Positions 48,977 to 62,972 of a stretch of 64,000 nt of DNA are shown one piece after another (the first letter of the stretch is position 1; every line of letters begins with the position of its first letter). The notes under the pieces were generated by a model. That model was not told the origin of the DNA and made no database searches. It worked only from the letters and a program-made list of their open reading frames with translations. Source of the DNA: Lingula anatina (Eukaryota; Animalia; Brachiopoda); contig CM120640.1 of the NCBI GenBank assembly GCA_051362555.1, positions 30,771,967 to 30,835,966 of the forward strand, given 5' to 3'. Both the position numbers and the translations under genes were made by a program.

Positions 48977-49562
48977 GGCCCCTATTTCACACAGGCCACT
49001 GATCCCATGAATCTCCAGGAATTGAAACATTTCAGGATTCGGCTGGAATCGTGAGATTTTGCCAATTTTCTGGTCTAATTCGAAACGCTCTACGATTCAG
49101 TTACGATACAGGTGCGATAGTGTTACGAATATTCGTGGCATTCGGCTGGAATCGAACGAATATTGTCCAGAAATTCACTACGATTTTTTGGAATCGGGAG
49201 TTCGTGGCCAAAACTTTGAACAGCTCAAAATTTTTGCCACGAATTCCCGATTTATCAAGAATTGCAAGGACTGACTACGATTATATACGAATCTGTTAAG
49301 AACTTCACGAACTGATTACGATTCAACCACGAATCCTGAAATTTTCAATTCCTGGCGATTCGTGGGATTCGTGGTCTGTGTGAAATAGGGGTATCAAAGT
49401 TTTTGCCACCAATTCCTGTTGGTCAAGGAGTGCAAGAACTGACTACGAATATATACGAATCTGTTAAGAAATTCACGAACTGCTTACGATTCAACCAAGA
49501 ATCGTGAAATTTGTCAATTCATGGCCATTCGTGGGATTCGTGGTCTGTGTGAAATAGGGGCA
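48977..49562. mobile_element. PIF/Harbinger-like MITE with a duplicated right end
   Basis: TAA|ggcccctatttcacacag ... ctgtgtgaaataggggca|TAA; a first copy of the right end finishes at ~49393. Confidence 0.8.
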
Positions 49563-51989
49563 TAACAACTGGCGTGGCTGAAAATGTAAGGGCGGGGTGG
49601 GGGAGGGGAATAAGCTCCTATCCCCCCCCCCCCGCCCCTGCAAATATTTTTCTCAACCTACTGTCCTTATAGCATAGAAATAAATAAATACGGTGTTAGG
49701 TATGTGTGATGTAATCAGGGCGCTGGAAATTACTTTTATTTGATTTATTTATTTATTTGTTTTGGAAACTTTTAAGATCAGACTGAAAGAGTGCTTTCTT
49801 ATGCAAGAATGATAACTTACAAAATATCTCTAAACCGAAATCATAAGAATGGAGATACTCATAATAAACGCGTCTGCTTTCTCTGAATTTCGTTATTTGC
49901 ATCACAGTGTGGGAAACCCCCTTAAACCATCCCGGGGCTCCCACATTACATAAAATACCCTTATTAATAATAAAACCCCAGGGCTTGAAGCCCAGGCTCA
50001 CATCTTTGGATAACGCTATCTGTAATACTGCTACAGAGATTCCCAGGTTCCTTGTCTGAGTCTTGAGTTAATACATCATCATGTATGAAAGTTTTAAAAG
50101 TACTAATTACACTTTTTTTCTATACTATGGTTCCTGACAACAGGCTGATGATTAAAAAAAGGTAGACATGAAAACATTTAACGTGAACATAAATTTGTGT
50201 TGTACTAATATGCGAATATAGAGTAGAAACTGAGTATGTCTTTTTACTGGAAGCAACTATACTGGGTTTATTTCACAAATCAAATTTTCAGTCAATGCAG
50301 ATAAGGAAATGACAGAAAAAGTCAAACTGAAATGACACACCAAACGAAACCATTGAATATTGTCACAGAAAAGCAAAGTGTGTATAAAAAGGGCCAATAC
50401 ATTATCTTTAATGTGGTTTTTAATACTTCTTAATACTTATTATCTATTTTGACCTGGAATTTAACATATTATGTATTACTGCAAACTTAATTTATTATCG
50501 TGTATTTATTTATTATTTTATCTATTTTCCTCTTGTGGGTAATTAACCTGTGCTTTATTCCCCTTTTCTTTCAATCCGGGTCAACACACTCCATGCCATA
50601 GAGTTGCTGTGTACATGTAACTGAAAGATAGCCTTTGGAGTCTACAATACAAAGTAAAGTGTGTCCCTCAGCAAGGTGGGACTACAGAGCTATACTGGCG
50701 AAGAGCAGATTTGCAATTTCTTTTGGATTTCAAACTCTTTCCTTTGCTCTCAATCTTCTAAACATCTAAACTGAACAGTCCCCCTGCAGACAATCCCCAA
50801 CCGCAAGCGTAGCTTGGACTTATTTTTAACATAACTAAAAAAACTGCCTGCTTGTATAGAAATGTAAGACTTTTTAATTTAAACACGGGCACCCTAAACT
50901 GTAAAAACTATCTGTTTATTGGACACGTCTATACACTGTATTTACTCATTAAAGACGTCCGGAGGTTGGCGCGGTTAACAAATACACTGCTTCATTTACT
51001 ATATTTCAAACAAGAAAAGTTAAAAAAAAGGAGTTAACGTTTGAGTTTTTCTATAAACAGTACCCAATGTCCGTCAAAAGAACTGTAGGGCCTATAAGGC
51101 TTTTATTTTAAGATAATGATTTCCTGTTTATATTTGAATATTTGAATATGAATATAAATTATTTTCCTGTACAGTTCTCTTTCAAAAGAACGGAAGGAAA
51201 AGTCTTTAAACTGTCTTATTTGATGAAAAAGTTTCATATCAACAGCTGAATGTAAATAAATGATATTTTGGTTCTAAGTCACCACTGTAATCATATACTC
51301 TTCGAAAATTCCCCTCTCATTTGGGAAGTTATTTCTTTTTATAGCCAAATCGAATTCTCCAAATGGAGCGACCCATCGTGGCATATTTAACCTCGGCCTC
51401 GGGCTGATCACTTGGCATGTCGAATTCCACGAGACTTTCAGGGGAAAGGTTCTTGGTGATCGTGTACGCCACTAATTCAACCAACTCCACACAGTCTCAC
51501 CACAGCGTTGTGCGGAACTCATGGCACACTAACTAAGGGAAATAATGTAATTTAAAATCTGGTAGAACAAAATTATATAAAGAATATTTTTGGAAATAAG
51601 CAAACAAGTAAATAAAAATTAATAAACAAAAATATAAAAAGCTAAATAAATATATAAATAATACGGTGTAGATATATTAATAAAAAAGAATGAAAGAAAG
51701 ATAAAAAATGAAAAAATGAAAAGAAAAATACTGCAAATGGAGTGAAAATTATTTCCTTCCTGCAGTTTCACAAAAGTCAATTATTATAAACAGAATGCGA
51801 CTATAATATGATGAATACATTGAGTCTTTAGTTTCTTATATATTGTATACCTTTTAATCACTCAACTAGCTGACGCCGGAATACATATAGTTCTTTTCCC
51901 TCCTCTCGCCTATATCTTAATTTTCTTATGTAAATAATCCTGGGGACAGTCCGGCGTTTTCATTGTTCGACAGCTAATCTTGATCACCA

Positions 51990-52215
51990 GTATGATGATT
52001 GACGTTTGTATATATAACTGCCAATCAAGCCATCCACTTTTAATAGCTTTGATTGGCACCTCTCAATCACAGGAAGTAAAAGCTCTTTCGCAGCATGATT
52101 GTGATTGACGTTTGTTTAACTAACCGTCAATCAAGCTGTCAAATTTGACAGCTTTGATTGACACCTATCAATCACAGGAGATAAGAGTTCTTTGGCGGTA
52201 TGGATGTGATTGACG
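51990..52215. repeat. ~105-bp degenerate tandem repeat rich in TGATTGAC/CAATCA inverted motifs
   Basis: tgattgacg..caatcaagc..gctttgattg..caatcacagga occurs twice, plus a partial third copy. Confidence 0.6.
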
Positions 52216-55200
52216 ATCACGAGATGTTAGAGTTCTTTTATTCTACAAAGAAATTGTAGGAGCTGTCCGCAATGGACAGATTCCCCCGGAACCGGAATTT
52301 TTAAAGCAAGGTTTATACAAAGGAAAGAAAAGCAGGCAAACCTCATATAGTATGATGTGCTCTCATTTAGCGAACGACAGAAAATATATGTCATTTATAC
52401 ATAAGCCGGTATGTACCAAAAATAAAAATAGAAACAGTCACAAGTATAGTAGCCAACCAAATAGATGAATAAAGGAACAAAGAAATATATGGAAAGAATT
52501 ATTTACACACCAAAAATGCATGAATAAAAAAAAAACAAAGATAATAACCATGAGGCTTTTTTTTTTTTTTTTTTTGCTATTCTCAAACTTACTGGAGTAA
52601 TTCGTGTTATGATAAATACAGTCCATGTTCGAATTGCAGATATATTAGGTCTTTTTCCTTAAATTACCCCGCTTTTTCACTTTTATGTTATACTTTATAA
52701 TGTAAGACTTGTTAATGCAATAAATGGAAAACCCCGTGACTTATCATACTGAAATTTACAGAATCACTTTTTAGCATGAGTATTAGAATACAACGGCAAA
52801 TGTCAGCTTTATCGGACCATTTTTGGCGAAGGTTATCCCATGTCCCCCCTTTCCTTCGAATGGAATGTGTCGTCTCTCCTGACGCACTGCGTTCCGTAGT
52901 TGTTATAGCTACAGCTTGCTCGAGTCCGTCTTCACACTTTCTTCAAAAATAATTTGTAATCGGATATACATACATATTTTAGCGTTAAAGAATCTAGATA
53001 TGATTTGAGTCGCTACGAAAGAAAATAATAAAGCTTGATAAAAGTATTGATCAAATAGGCCCATGATCATTATAATATAAAGCGTGTTATTATAAATAGG
53101 TAATAATTTCCAAATAATTAGCTTCAGTTGTTTCGGCTTCTGGATCCTAGACAGGGCCTCGACGTGAATTCCCAGAGAAGAAATGTATCACCTGCAGGGG
53201 CCTCAAGTACAGTTATCACTGTTATATGGTAAGGTCTACTCTTTTTTCATACAAACGAAATTCAAGAATTTTGGACACTTTTGAAATAAGTGCATTCAGT
53301 ACAAAAAGTTTCGAGTATTAAAAAAATCCTTATATTACTCCGGAGAAATTATAAGAAAAATTATCATATCAGCGCCCTCTATCATTTATGGCTGTCTTCA
53401 CTAGCACAATATGATGAAATTCATGGACACCGTCACAATCATGTTGAGATAGACTCTGAGGTCAAATACTGTAGCATTAACACTGTTGTAACTCAACTTC
53501 TTCTATTCTCCCCGACATCATCATTGACAGTTGCCAGGGAGGGAGATTCCCTCGCATGCCCTACGTCCCCCACCCCGACACACAGACACACACACACACA
53601 CACAACTATTTTTATGCTTTGGAAATAGTAACGCCTCGGTTAGAAATGTGTTGTTAGCAGTTTGCCATAATAAAATACTTCGACTACACAAAATAATATA
53701 GAAAAAACAAATCGGCAATTAAGAAATTCACTTAATTCCATTTCGAGTCATTCAATGTTTCAAGAATTTCATCGGCTGTTTTATAACTTGGTCATGCTAA
53801 CAGCCTGTTTTAATCAATAATTAAAACAAGTCAATTTTCGCGCTCCGAAATTTCATTCTTCATTGTGTGGCTTATTGCACACCCCAGGTAGAGGTGACAC
53901 TCACGTCGTTAGCCTAACTTTTTATGTAACTGGATCATTTTTGAAATATTGTAGAGATTTCTTTGTAAAGTCCCAAATATCTCATTTCGTAAAAAATCAT
54001 TTTTTGATTTAAAAAATTATCATTCTGTCCTTCAAACCGCAATCTGTACTACTCTGTTTTTAGTCTATTGTCTATGGGGACAGTTCTGCAAAAGCACGAA
54101 ATCTCATTCATTAGCGCTTCTGTTTTATGTTTTCTGATGTATTCTGAATAATCGCGCAAATACAGTAGGCCCTAGTGCATATATGAAAATGTGCAATATT
54201 TCGTGCAAGTAGGTAAACATACTTGATGTGATAACATTTGCTGTGACTTATTTTAATGTGGTGATCGCCGACAGTTTGTGTAGTTCAAAAATAGCAAACT
54301 TTGACTTCACGTAAATTCTGTCGGCACTTTATGTTCCATCTGTAACTGACAGTAGAACACATACTGTCACGGCGTAGGGATTTTACGTCGTTTTTTTTTC
54401 ACGCGCCATTCGTCGCGTTCGTTGTAAAAACGCTAATTTCAATGAAAAATGCCGATAATTTCTTTCTTTTTTAAATTTTTAAAGTTTCAATTTAAAGACA
54501 TGATAGGCGAGTATGAAAGCTTCATTTTTATTCATTGGGGCAACATTTCAGAGGAAGAAATTGATAAAGCAAATCAGCGCTTAATTATAACGCCACGGTG
54601 ATTTTCTAGCATAGAAACAGCATAACAAATTATCTTAATTTTAGTTCCCTTCGTAGCGTTGACGCTTTGTCAGTTAATTTTCTAGTGCTGCGTTTTTAGT
54701 AAAGGCTCTCTTTCTCAATAGACGTCATTTTTTAATTCTAACTTCATCTTTGTGAATTACTATAGTTGAAACATACGGTAGTTATATAAGTAGAAAAGAT
54801 AAATCTGTACAGGGTTTTTTTAGAGACAAAAGTTGTTAAAGTTTGTATAACCTGGTGTGTTAAAGTTAAAGGACACTGGTAAATACCCGGAGGCACTCAA
54901 AACTCAATTTCACCGACTCTCCCAAACCTTTTATACCATCTACCATACCTTCCCCCCTCATTTTTGTGCCGCTTTATTTCAACATATTTCCTTTTATTCC
55001 AACTTTCTCTATTGAATGGTTCGTCGACATCTAATTTTAAACTAAAATATCATATTGCCATTTCCAATGGCTTATTAGGTAATTTCTTTATGAACTTTTC
55101 CTCCCCCTCCCCACCTCGCGTTATGTCTTCACTAACAATCATGGTTGAGACAGCATCAGAGTCAAAACACCGCAGTCTAATGGCTCGGATCATTACTCTT

Positions 55201-56920
55201 ATTAAAACAGATTGTTCATTTTGTAAGTATACAGTATGTATACAAACTGGTTGGTGTTCTTTTCTCGAAAAATAGACTTAGTGTCTGGATTAACAAAGGC
55301 GTGAAATTGTGAACTTTGTCCGAAACTGTTCATGCGTGTTTTCAATACTATATAATTGTGCAGGTAAAAATATTAAATCAATGTAATCCTCTGTCCGTCC
55401 CATGTCCCTAAAACTGTAAATCTAAAACCAGCTGCCGAGTTTCTGATCGTAGTATTTTTGTATTTTCCTCCAGATGGCGCTATCGTACGGTCTAATTGGT
55501 CAAACAGTCAAAACTGCTTAGATATTAAAATCAGTGTGCCATATTGAGTCATATCAAGATAGCCAGTGACCTACATAATGTCGTTTCAATTTGGGTGGTT
55601 TAGGGTCTGAAGTTAATTTTCGTCTGGTATTTTTTTGAAAATATACTGAACACCAACTCGTCCTATGTATTTTTAATGTTGTCAATTACAAATGAAGTTT
55701 CATCCGTAAAATATTGGTAAGAGTTGAAAAGGAAAGGCGGCCACTTCAGCCTGCCACCTCCCCCTACCATGAATGTAATGGGATGGACAGCCTGGAAGGA
55801 GACGTCACTGCCTCATTGCTGAGTGATCAGGAAGTGGAGCGAAGGCGGCTTAGATATTAAGTATACGAATATCGTAATTTCAGCCATATCAATATAACGT
55901 TTTAAGAAACCAATGTTAGGTATTTGGTGATAAGTTACTTGTGATTTATTTTTGAAAAGTATTTTGACACCCGTTTGTTTAAAAGTGCTTTTGACTATTT
56001 CCCAACATTTTCCCCACGTAGGCCTACCATTTATTTTCTCCTTTACTTCAACTCATCACGTCTCATAAAACAAAGGAAGATGCAGTTGCACTTCTTGTTC
56101 AGTATTTTGACCTTCTTCGGTAGAAATAGTAGTGGTAGTGGAAGTTTACCGTGAGAAATGGCCAAGGAGGGAAAAATGGTGTGAAATGTCTTGTGAGGGT
56201 CTGGCTATTGACATGTTGATATTTACACGTACCCGGTAGTGAGCGGTTGGTAGTGGAATTATAAAATTTAATGTACACTTCCATTTCGAATATTGGCAAT
56301 ATTTCATAAATTAATATATAATATTTCATTGCATTAAAATGTGTGAGCTAAATTGAAGTTGTATTGATTTCTGCGTGACATATTATAAGATCAACCTTTC
56401 AAGACATAAGGAGCGAAATGCTCAAAATGCTGTTTGGAACGGATTTGAAAAGGCTTTGTCTTTTACGTGTTTTTTTTTTTTCAATAAGATTACAAATTTA
56501 CGAATTAAATGTAACATATTTAAAACGTAATGATATATCAGAATGCATGGTCATCAGTTTAAAACTTGCTTTATTGTATTGAAATATGTTCTATACTATC
56601 GTAGTGTCAAGTTTGTCTCACGTGACATGTAAAATGGAACTATTTGTGGTATTCTTCAGCAAGACGGCAGGGGATGACTTTCTAGTTTTAGATGGGAATT
56701 AAGTACACAAAAATACACAAATTTTATTTTATCGGTTTAAAGCAAAATATTTTTCTATAATATTCAGAATTCTGTAATATTGGGTTTCACCTAAATTACC
56801 AAGGGACACATTACCGAAATCGCTGATAAATTCTACAAGTCCGTTGTCGAATTCTTAATTTCTCTTTTTACCAGCGTGAGTGTCTTCTTCAGTCCGATTC
56901 TCAAAACTGACTGAAATCTA

Positions 56921-56922
<2 letters not shown>

Positions 56923-57010
<88 letters not shown>
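56923..57010. repeat. (AT)n microsatellite
   Basis: About 44 AT units. Confidence 0.95.
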
Positions 57011-57013
<3 letters not shown>

Positions 57014-57967
57014 CTGACGCTCATTGTGTGTCTCTCTGTTAATGTTCAGGTGAGAAAAAAGGATTGTCTCTTGAAATTTGCTGTCTTGTTGAGTAAGAGA
57101 TGTCATTTTACGAATCAAGATCAATTATTTTGTGTCACAAGTGAAGTATGTAGAATAAAGAAATTTCCATTTGAGAAAAATTTCCATTTGAGAAATATCC
57201 CTTCTTGAAAAGCTGATTTCGTACATGTAAATGCCCTTCATATGATGGAGAAGAAACTACTTTCGTGTTTTACTTATCTCTGAACGTATAGTTCTTACAA
57301 TGTAAAATATGACACGTTTTATCAAGAAAATTAACTGATATTTTTGCCATTAATCTGTTAAACAAATCCATGTTCTGCGTAAAGATGAAGGGACCATTTA
57401 TGTGATTGAAAATTATTTCATTTTTCAAATTTAATTGTTTTAAGCAATTTTCTCTAACCAGCATCTTTCCTTCTATTGACCAGATGATGCAGAAATTAGG
57501 GATATTTTTTCGTCTTTTGTTTTTGTCATTAAGAAAAAACATAAGACCATTAGTGTGGTAGATAGTTTATTTGTCAAGTCAAATATATAAGAATGTTATA
57601 TTTTTACACTTGTTGAATTTAAATACAGACATAGTAATATTATACTATAATATCATAATATTCTTTTAGTTACTAGAACGCTTTTTAACTTGTAGTAATA
57701 AAAAGACTGAAGACAATGATATTTTACAGATATGTCTTATAAACAATCGAATACTGAGTACATAAGAGCAATCTGTATTTCTCTGAATAAAAAACTTATT
57801 AAATATACCAAACGTCATAGTGTTTTTACTGATGGCTACATGACTCGGTGGTAGCCTGGGGTTGGGGTTCGATTCCTGGCTCGGGCACTTTGGAATTACA
57901 AATGGAGTGCTATCAAAATTTTCCTTTGGTTACTATAAGAAGAAAGTCTACCCGGGGAGGGTGGGTG

Positions 57968-58040
57968 GGAACAGTTAGAGGAGTAGGTAACGCGCTTGCC
58001 TCTCAGACAGAAGGTCGCCAGTTCGATTCCTGGCGCTTCT
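57968..58040 (+). mobile_element. tRNA-derived SINE head or tRNA pseudogene; a second B-box fragment lies at ~57833-57890
   Basis: A-box-like TAGAGGAGTAGG, B-box GTTCGATTC in a GCCAG/CTGGC T-arm; acceptor and anticodon stems pair poorly. Confidence 0.55.
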
Positions 58041-60208
58041 AGGTCCCAGCAAGTTACCTTTTGCAAAAATAAACTCAAGTAAACAATTTAGACTACTACA
58101 AGAGGGTCATACGAATAAGGAAAAGCAAGTTGAGGCAGTGGCTCAATAGGTAAGGCGACAGACGAAGAAGACGACTGACTAAGTTGATAACCAAAGGTTC
58201 GAGTTGAGCTGAAGAAAAGAGTCGGGAATGATGATGTGACATTTTACAAATTTTGAAACTACATCTATTACAGCTTTTATGTACGTTTATTAAAACAAAT
58301 GCAAGCAATTCCACAATACAGATCTATGCAAAACCCATACATTACGTTTTGGCTCTACATAAAAAGTAATTTTCATAACGACTTCGCATTTCGAGATGTA
58401 AATCAAGCTTAAATACAACTATCTACAACTAAATGTGTCGGAGGTTCTATGCATTTTGAAAATTGTCGTTTAAGAACAATTGTTTTGTTTTTTTTTAACA
58501 AGTGTCCAAGAACACTGCATACGAGACCACATAATACTGACCAGAACAAGAAATTATCAGGTTTTTTGCTGCGACTTAAAAGAGAAAGTTGAAGATTTGA
58601 AGTGAAGTATTTTACAGCCATTGACATTGGTGTATTCGTCTTTTGACTGATCCAAAATTTCAACGAGGGACATTTTTATCCAAATTCAAAGGTGGTATCA
58701 AATTGAAAATTCAAAATGCATATGATCTCACGTAAGCGTTACCCCCACACGCGGGTACACACTCATGACACCACAACTTCCTCTATGTCGCCATGCTGAT
58801 GATCACACACAACACCAAACAGCAGTCAAACATTATTCAATTATGTAAATTTGATGAGTGCTTTTCTCATAGATAAATAAATATGTACCTCATATTTTGC
58901 GTCATCTTTAGGATTTTGCTGGCATTTCGAGTGAACACTTAAGTTTATGCGTCGTGCAAATCAAGAACAGCATGAAGACATGGTCAGTTTACAACCTTAT
59001 CCCAGTCATGGTCATTTTAAGAACAATATGTAAACAAAATTGAAAAGGTTATGCAAAAACAAGTCTAGTTTACTCAAAATAACTAATCACATTTACTCAG
59101 AAAATGCTAATAAACTCAAAGATCTCTGGTGTTCAGTGATCAAAAAACACTCAGTAAAAATAACCCAACAGCATGTGCAGGACTGGCACCTAATCAGGCC
59201 TTTTGTTCTCAATCACCCCTTGATCCCGACTGAATTATAGAATTAAGAATGTGCCAAGTACAAGATCAACATTAAATAAAACGCTGACCTTCCAATTTTG
59301 TGTAAAACTTACTCTAGCCAATCAAAGTGTCATTTTTCTGATAGTATTTTGATTTTTCATATTTGATTAGACAAAAAAATCACAAAAGAAAACATTTTTA
59401 GACGATAAGTCAGTAAATTGGCAATTAACAGAAAAAAAATCATGTTTTAGAGGATTGACAAAAGTTGAGTCTACAAAAGTTCGTTTAATTACTAGGAAAT
59501 ACCCATTACCCCCAAAACAGAGCTTGTAGTTTTTGATACGAGTTTGATAAGGATTTTTCAAAATTTCAAGTTGTAAAAGATGCGATAAATGCCAGTCCTA
59601 CATATACATTTTAATTGACAAAAGACGCAAAAGGAAACATTTCCTACTATTCACCGTTTCTCTTTGTGAACAGTTCCGCTATGTAATGAAGGTAAAAGTT
59701 AATTGTCCTTTTTTAATAACAAAAACTTATCAATTTCGAAAGGAAAAACTAACTCGACCCCTGGTTTGATTTTCTGAAAACAAAAACATCTTTACCCCCT
59801 CCCAGCAATAAAACTATGGGTCTATCACTGATCAGACATACTACTAGTATATCAAAACACCGGGATCCAAAAGAAGTTTATTCTTACCATGCGTCATAAC
59901 CGCATATTCACAATTCTAGAAAGACCCTATAAAGACGTTTTAATACGTGTGGGCAATTCTGCCAAAACTTGAGCACATTTTACAATTTTATACTGCCGTT
60001 AATTCTTAATTGCATAATTTGGATCACAACGTTTACAATTTATTGTAGATTTTTTCATTGAACCCATAATAAAATGCCTGTATGCATTTTACGTAATGAA
60101 GTTGCGACTATTTTTTTCTAAAGTTAGCTTCATTAAAATCAATATTTGTATCCAATTTAATATGAATAAACGTGCATTTTCGTGTCTTCTTACCTAGTTG
60201 CCCACACA

Positions 60209-60700
60209 CAGGGCCGTAGCCTCCGGGGGGGGGGGGGGGGGGGGGCAGGGGGGCGGGGGGGGGGGCAGTTGCCACCCCCTGGGATTTGAGGTGCAAAAAA
60301 AATAATCGCAAAGGTGAATAAAAATAATTGCAAAGTTGGTATCAATTCTGTGAGAAAATGCGCTGATGGCCACTAGACAATCATTCAACAATCTGTTTAC
60401 AAAGGTGTACTGTTTTTAGACAATCTACGAAATGAAGTACAATTGGCATGTTGTGTTGAAAAAATGACTGTACCTATGGCAAAATGAACCCACAATTTCT
60501 GACTTCTGATTTAGCAATAAATAACAGTTATAATGCACCAGAATTCAGTATTATACATACAGTTTTTTTAAAATTTCCACACCGTGGGAGGGGGACCCCT
60601 CCCACACACACACACACACACCCTCCCCCCTCGGGGGCTTCGCCCCCTTGTGTCCGCTTACTGCCCCCCCCCCTGGCATTTTGCTCAGACTACGGCCCTG
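60209..60700. mobile_element. MITE with CAGGGCCGTAG TIR (hAT-like)
   Basis: cagggccgtag ... ctacggccctg; degenerate flanking repeat gcccacaca / actcacaca; G-run subtermini. Confidence 0.8.
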
Positions 60701-62007
60701 ACTCACACAAAATTTTACAATGAAATATTAAACCGGTAGTACTAGCACAGTGCTCTACCTGCACATCACTTGATGATAATTTTACAACAATTAATTTTAT
60801 TTTCATAGATCACTTAAGCAAGTCATTTTTTGTTTAAGGATAACTTCAAAAGTGTCGTTTCAGGTTCGGGAACTGGTGGGCATGAACAAAAAATAAATAA
60901 ATCACAATGAAAACATCGTGTGCGGATAGAGTACTGTACTACAACTTATTTACTCATGTATAATAATAAGCGAGCGACGTGCAGGGTTGACGCTTGGATT
61001 TAGTCAATTTTATTAGAAGTTTCATGAATAAAACATTTGTTGCACGCTGCACTTCATTCGATACACGTTTTGATGCAGAAAATTACAACCCAAACAAAGC
61101 AAACATTGCATTTCAAACCAAATCAAATGTCAGCCCTGCAAGTTGACTATACGACAAACGCAAGACAACGTTGACATGGGTGCGGGCGCTGGCGAACACG
61201 AATCTGACGTCTTTTCTGGGAGTGCGTCTAATCTCAACGTAGACGGTTGTTACGAGACACTGAAATTAAATGAAAAATGAAATAAATTAAACAAATTCCA
61301 TGTGAGAGAAAAATTATCTAGTGAAATACAATCTTCATACCGACCCTTTTTGGTATGTATTAAGAGATATAAAAGTCACATTATATATATAAGAATAGAT
61401 ATATCCTCGGTATATTGAACCTACACGTTCTATACAATGACATCATTACTATTGCATACCCTGTACACACTGTTACACGTCAACATACTAATATTTATAT
61501 TTATCTATCTTTGCTAAGCCATATCCCTCCACAAGGAGTATTGTGATGGAGACTGCATATTTGCCCACATAGATAATTTTATCATGAAAACAGAAAACCG
61601 GCCGTACAATCACGCTGCTCTGTATACCAACTATTACAAAAGATATCAGTGTTTGGACTTTATATATTTGCGAAATTAAAAGTAGATAAATGTAAACATT
61701 TTACAGAAAGCCTAGTTTTGATAAAGATAACTCTGGATTTTGTAAATGCGGGGATCAGGGTTACAATGTAGTAATATAAAATTGTTTCGGTTCCGTAGGA
61801 TAACATAAAACACTGGTCAATGACAATTAACATGTTGTTTATAGGGCACAAGGATGCAGAAAGTGTTTGGTTTTTGTCTTGTTTTATTTATGCATTATAT
61901 TGCTTATTTTGTGAGTAGTCTGACATAAATTCAGCATTTTATTGCTACATGTGCTTATTAAAACCACTTCGCTTTTATAGACAGAAAAAGAATGATTTTA
62001 CCAATTA

Positions 62008-62972
62008 GGCCACACTTTTTTAATTTTATGGATGACATCCTGCGCGCGCACGGATTTTCGCCCGTTCTCCAAAAAAAAAAAAAAAAAAAAAAAGCCCCCC
62101 CCCAGCCCCCAACAAAGTCGGTTGTCGCAAACGTTGTTATTGAATTTGCAAGAAAATGAGCTTTCTGCGCATGCGTATTTTCGCCACGTGGAAATGCGGC
62201 CACTTTGCTGTCAAATTCATCTCTAGGATTACTTTCAAATTACACAACAATAAAAGTCATAAAGAGAACGGGCGCCATCGTTTTGGATTGGTATGCCATT
62301 GATATTGGGCATGGAGATATCACCTTTTTACAATTGTGCGAAAGGCTGGCGGCGGCCGAAACATTTCTGTGACATTCTGTATAAAGCAGCACATTAATAC
62401 CAGGTTTTCTGTAGCGAAAAAAGGGTCGACAAGGGCGTAGAGGTATTTGGTGGGCTGAAGGTCGGACAGGCCACCTGACAGTTTAGCTGCTTCGTGTGAG
62501 TTGAAGTTGACAAAATGGCATCGTCTGAAATGACCTTTAATAGATTTGGTAGTATTAAGCATATCTTTGCATCATTTTTTAAACATTTCTGTGAAGTGTT
62601 CAAAATGTTTTAATATTCTGAGAATACAAATAAAGACACACTGTTTGATTGATATTTGTTTTATTGATTGCTATACCAAATGAATGCATGAAATAACCTT
62701 AAATAGATTTGGTAATATGAAGTATATCAATTCATGACTTTTTTTACATTTCTACGAAGTATTCACAATGCTTTAATATTTTGAGAGCATGGATAAAGAC
62801 ATATTGTTAGTTTGATACGTGTTTCTGTGGTTAAATTTGTGTTTCCAGCTGTGTACTGACAGCATTCCTTTACTTAAGCAGTTTTTTTTTTTGACTGTTT
62901 TTTTTTTCGCCCTCTCGCACCGATTTTGGGGTACTCAGAGGATGTCATCCATAAAAATAAAAAAGTGTGGCC
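62008..62972. mobile_element. 965-bp PIF/Harbinger-like non-autonomous element
   Basis: ~33-bp TIR ggccacacttttttaattttatggatgacatcc; TTA TSD (62005-62007, 62973-62975). Confidence 0.88.

Noticed and set aside
57968-58040. Functional tRNA-Glu(CTC)
   Set aside because: Acceptor and anticodon stems do not pair properly; better explained as a SINE head or pseudogene.
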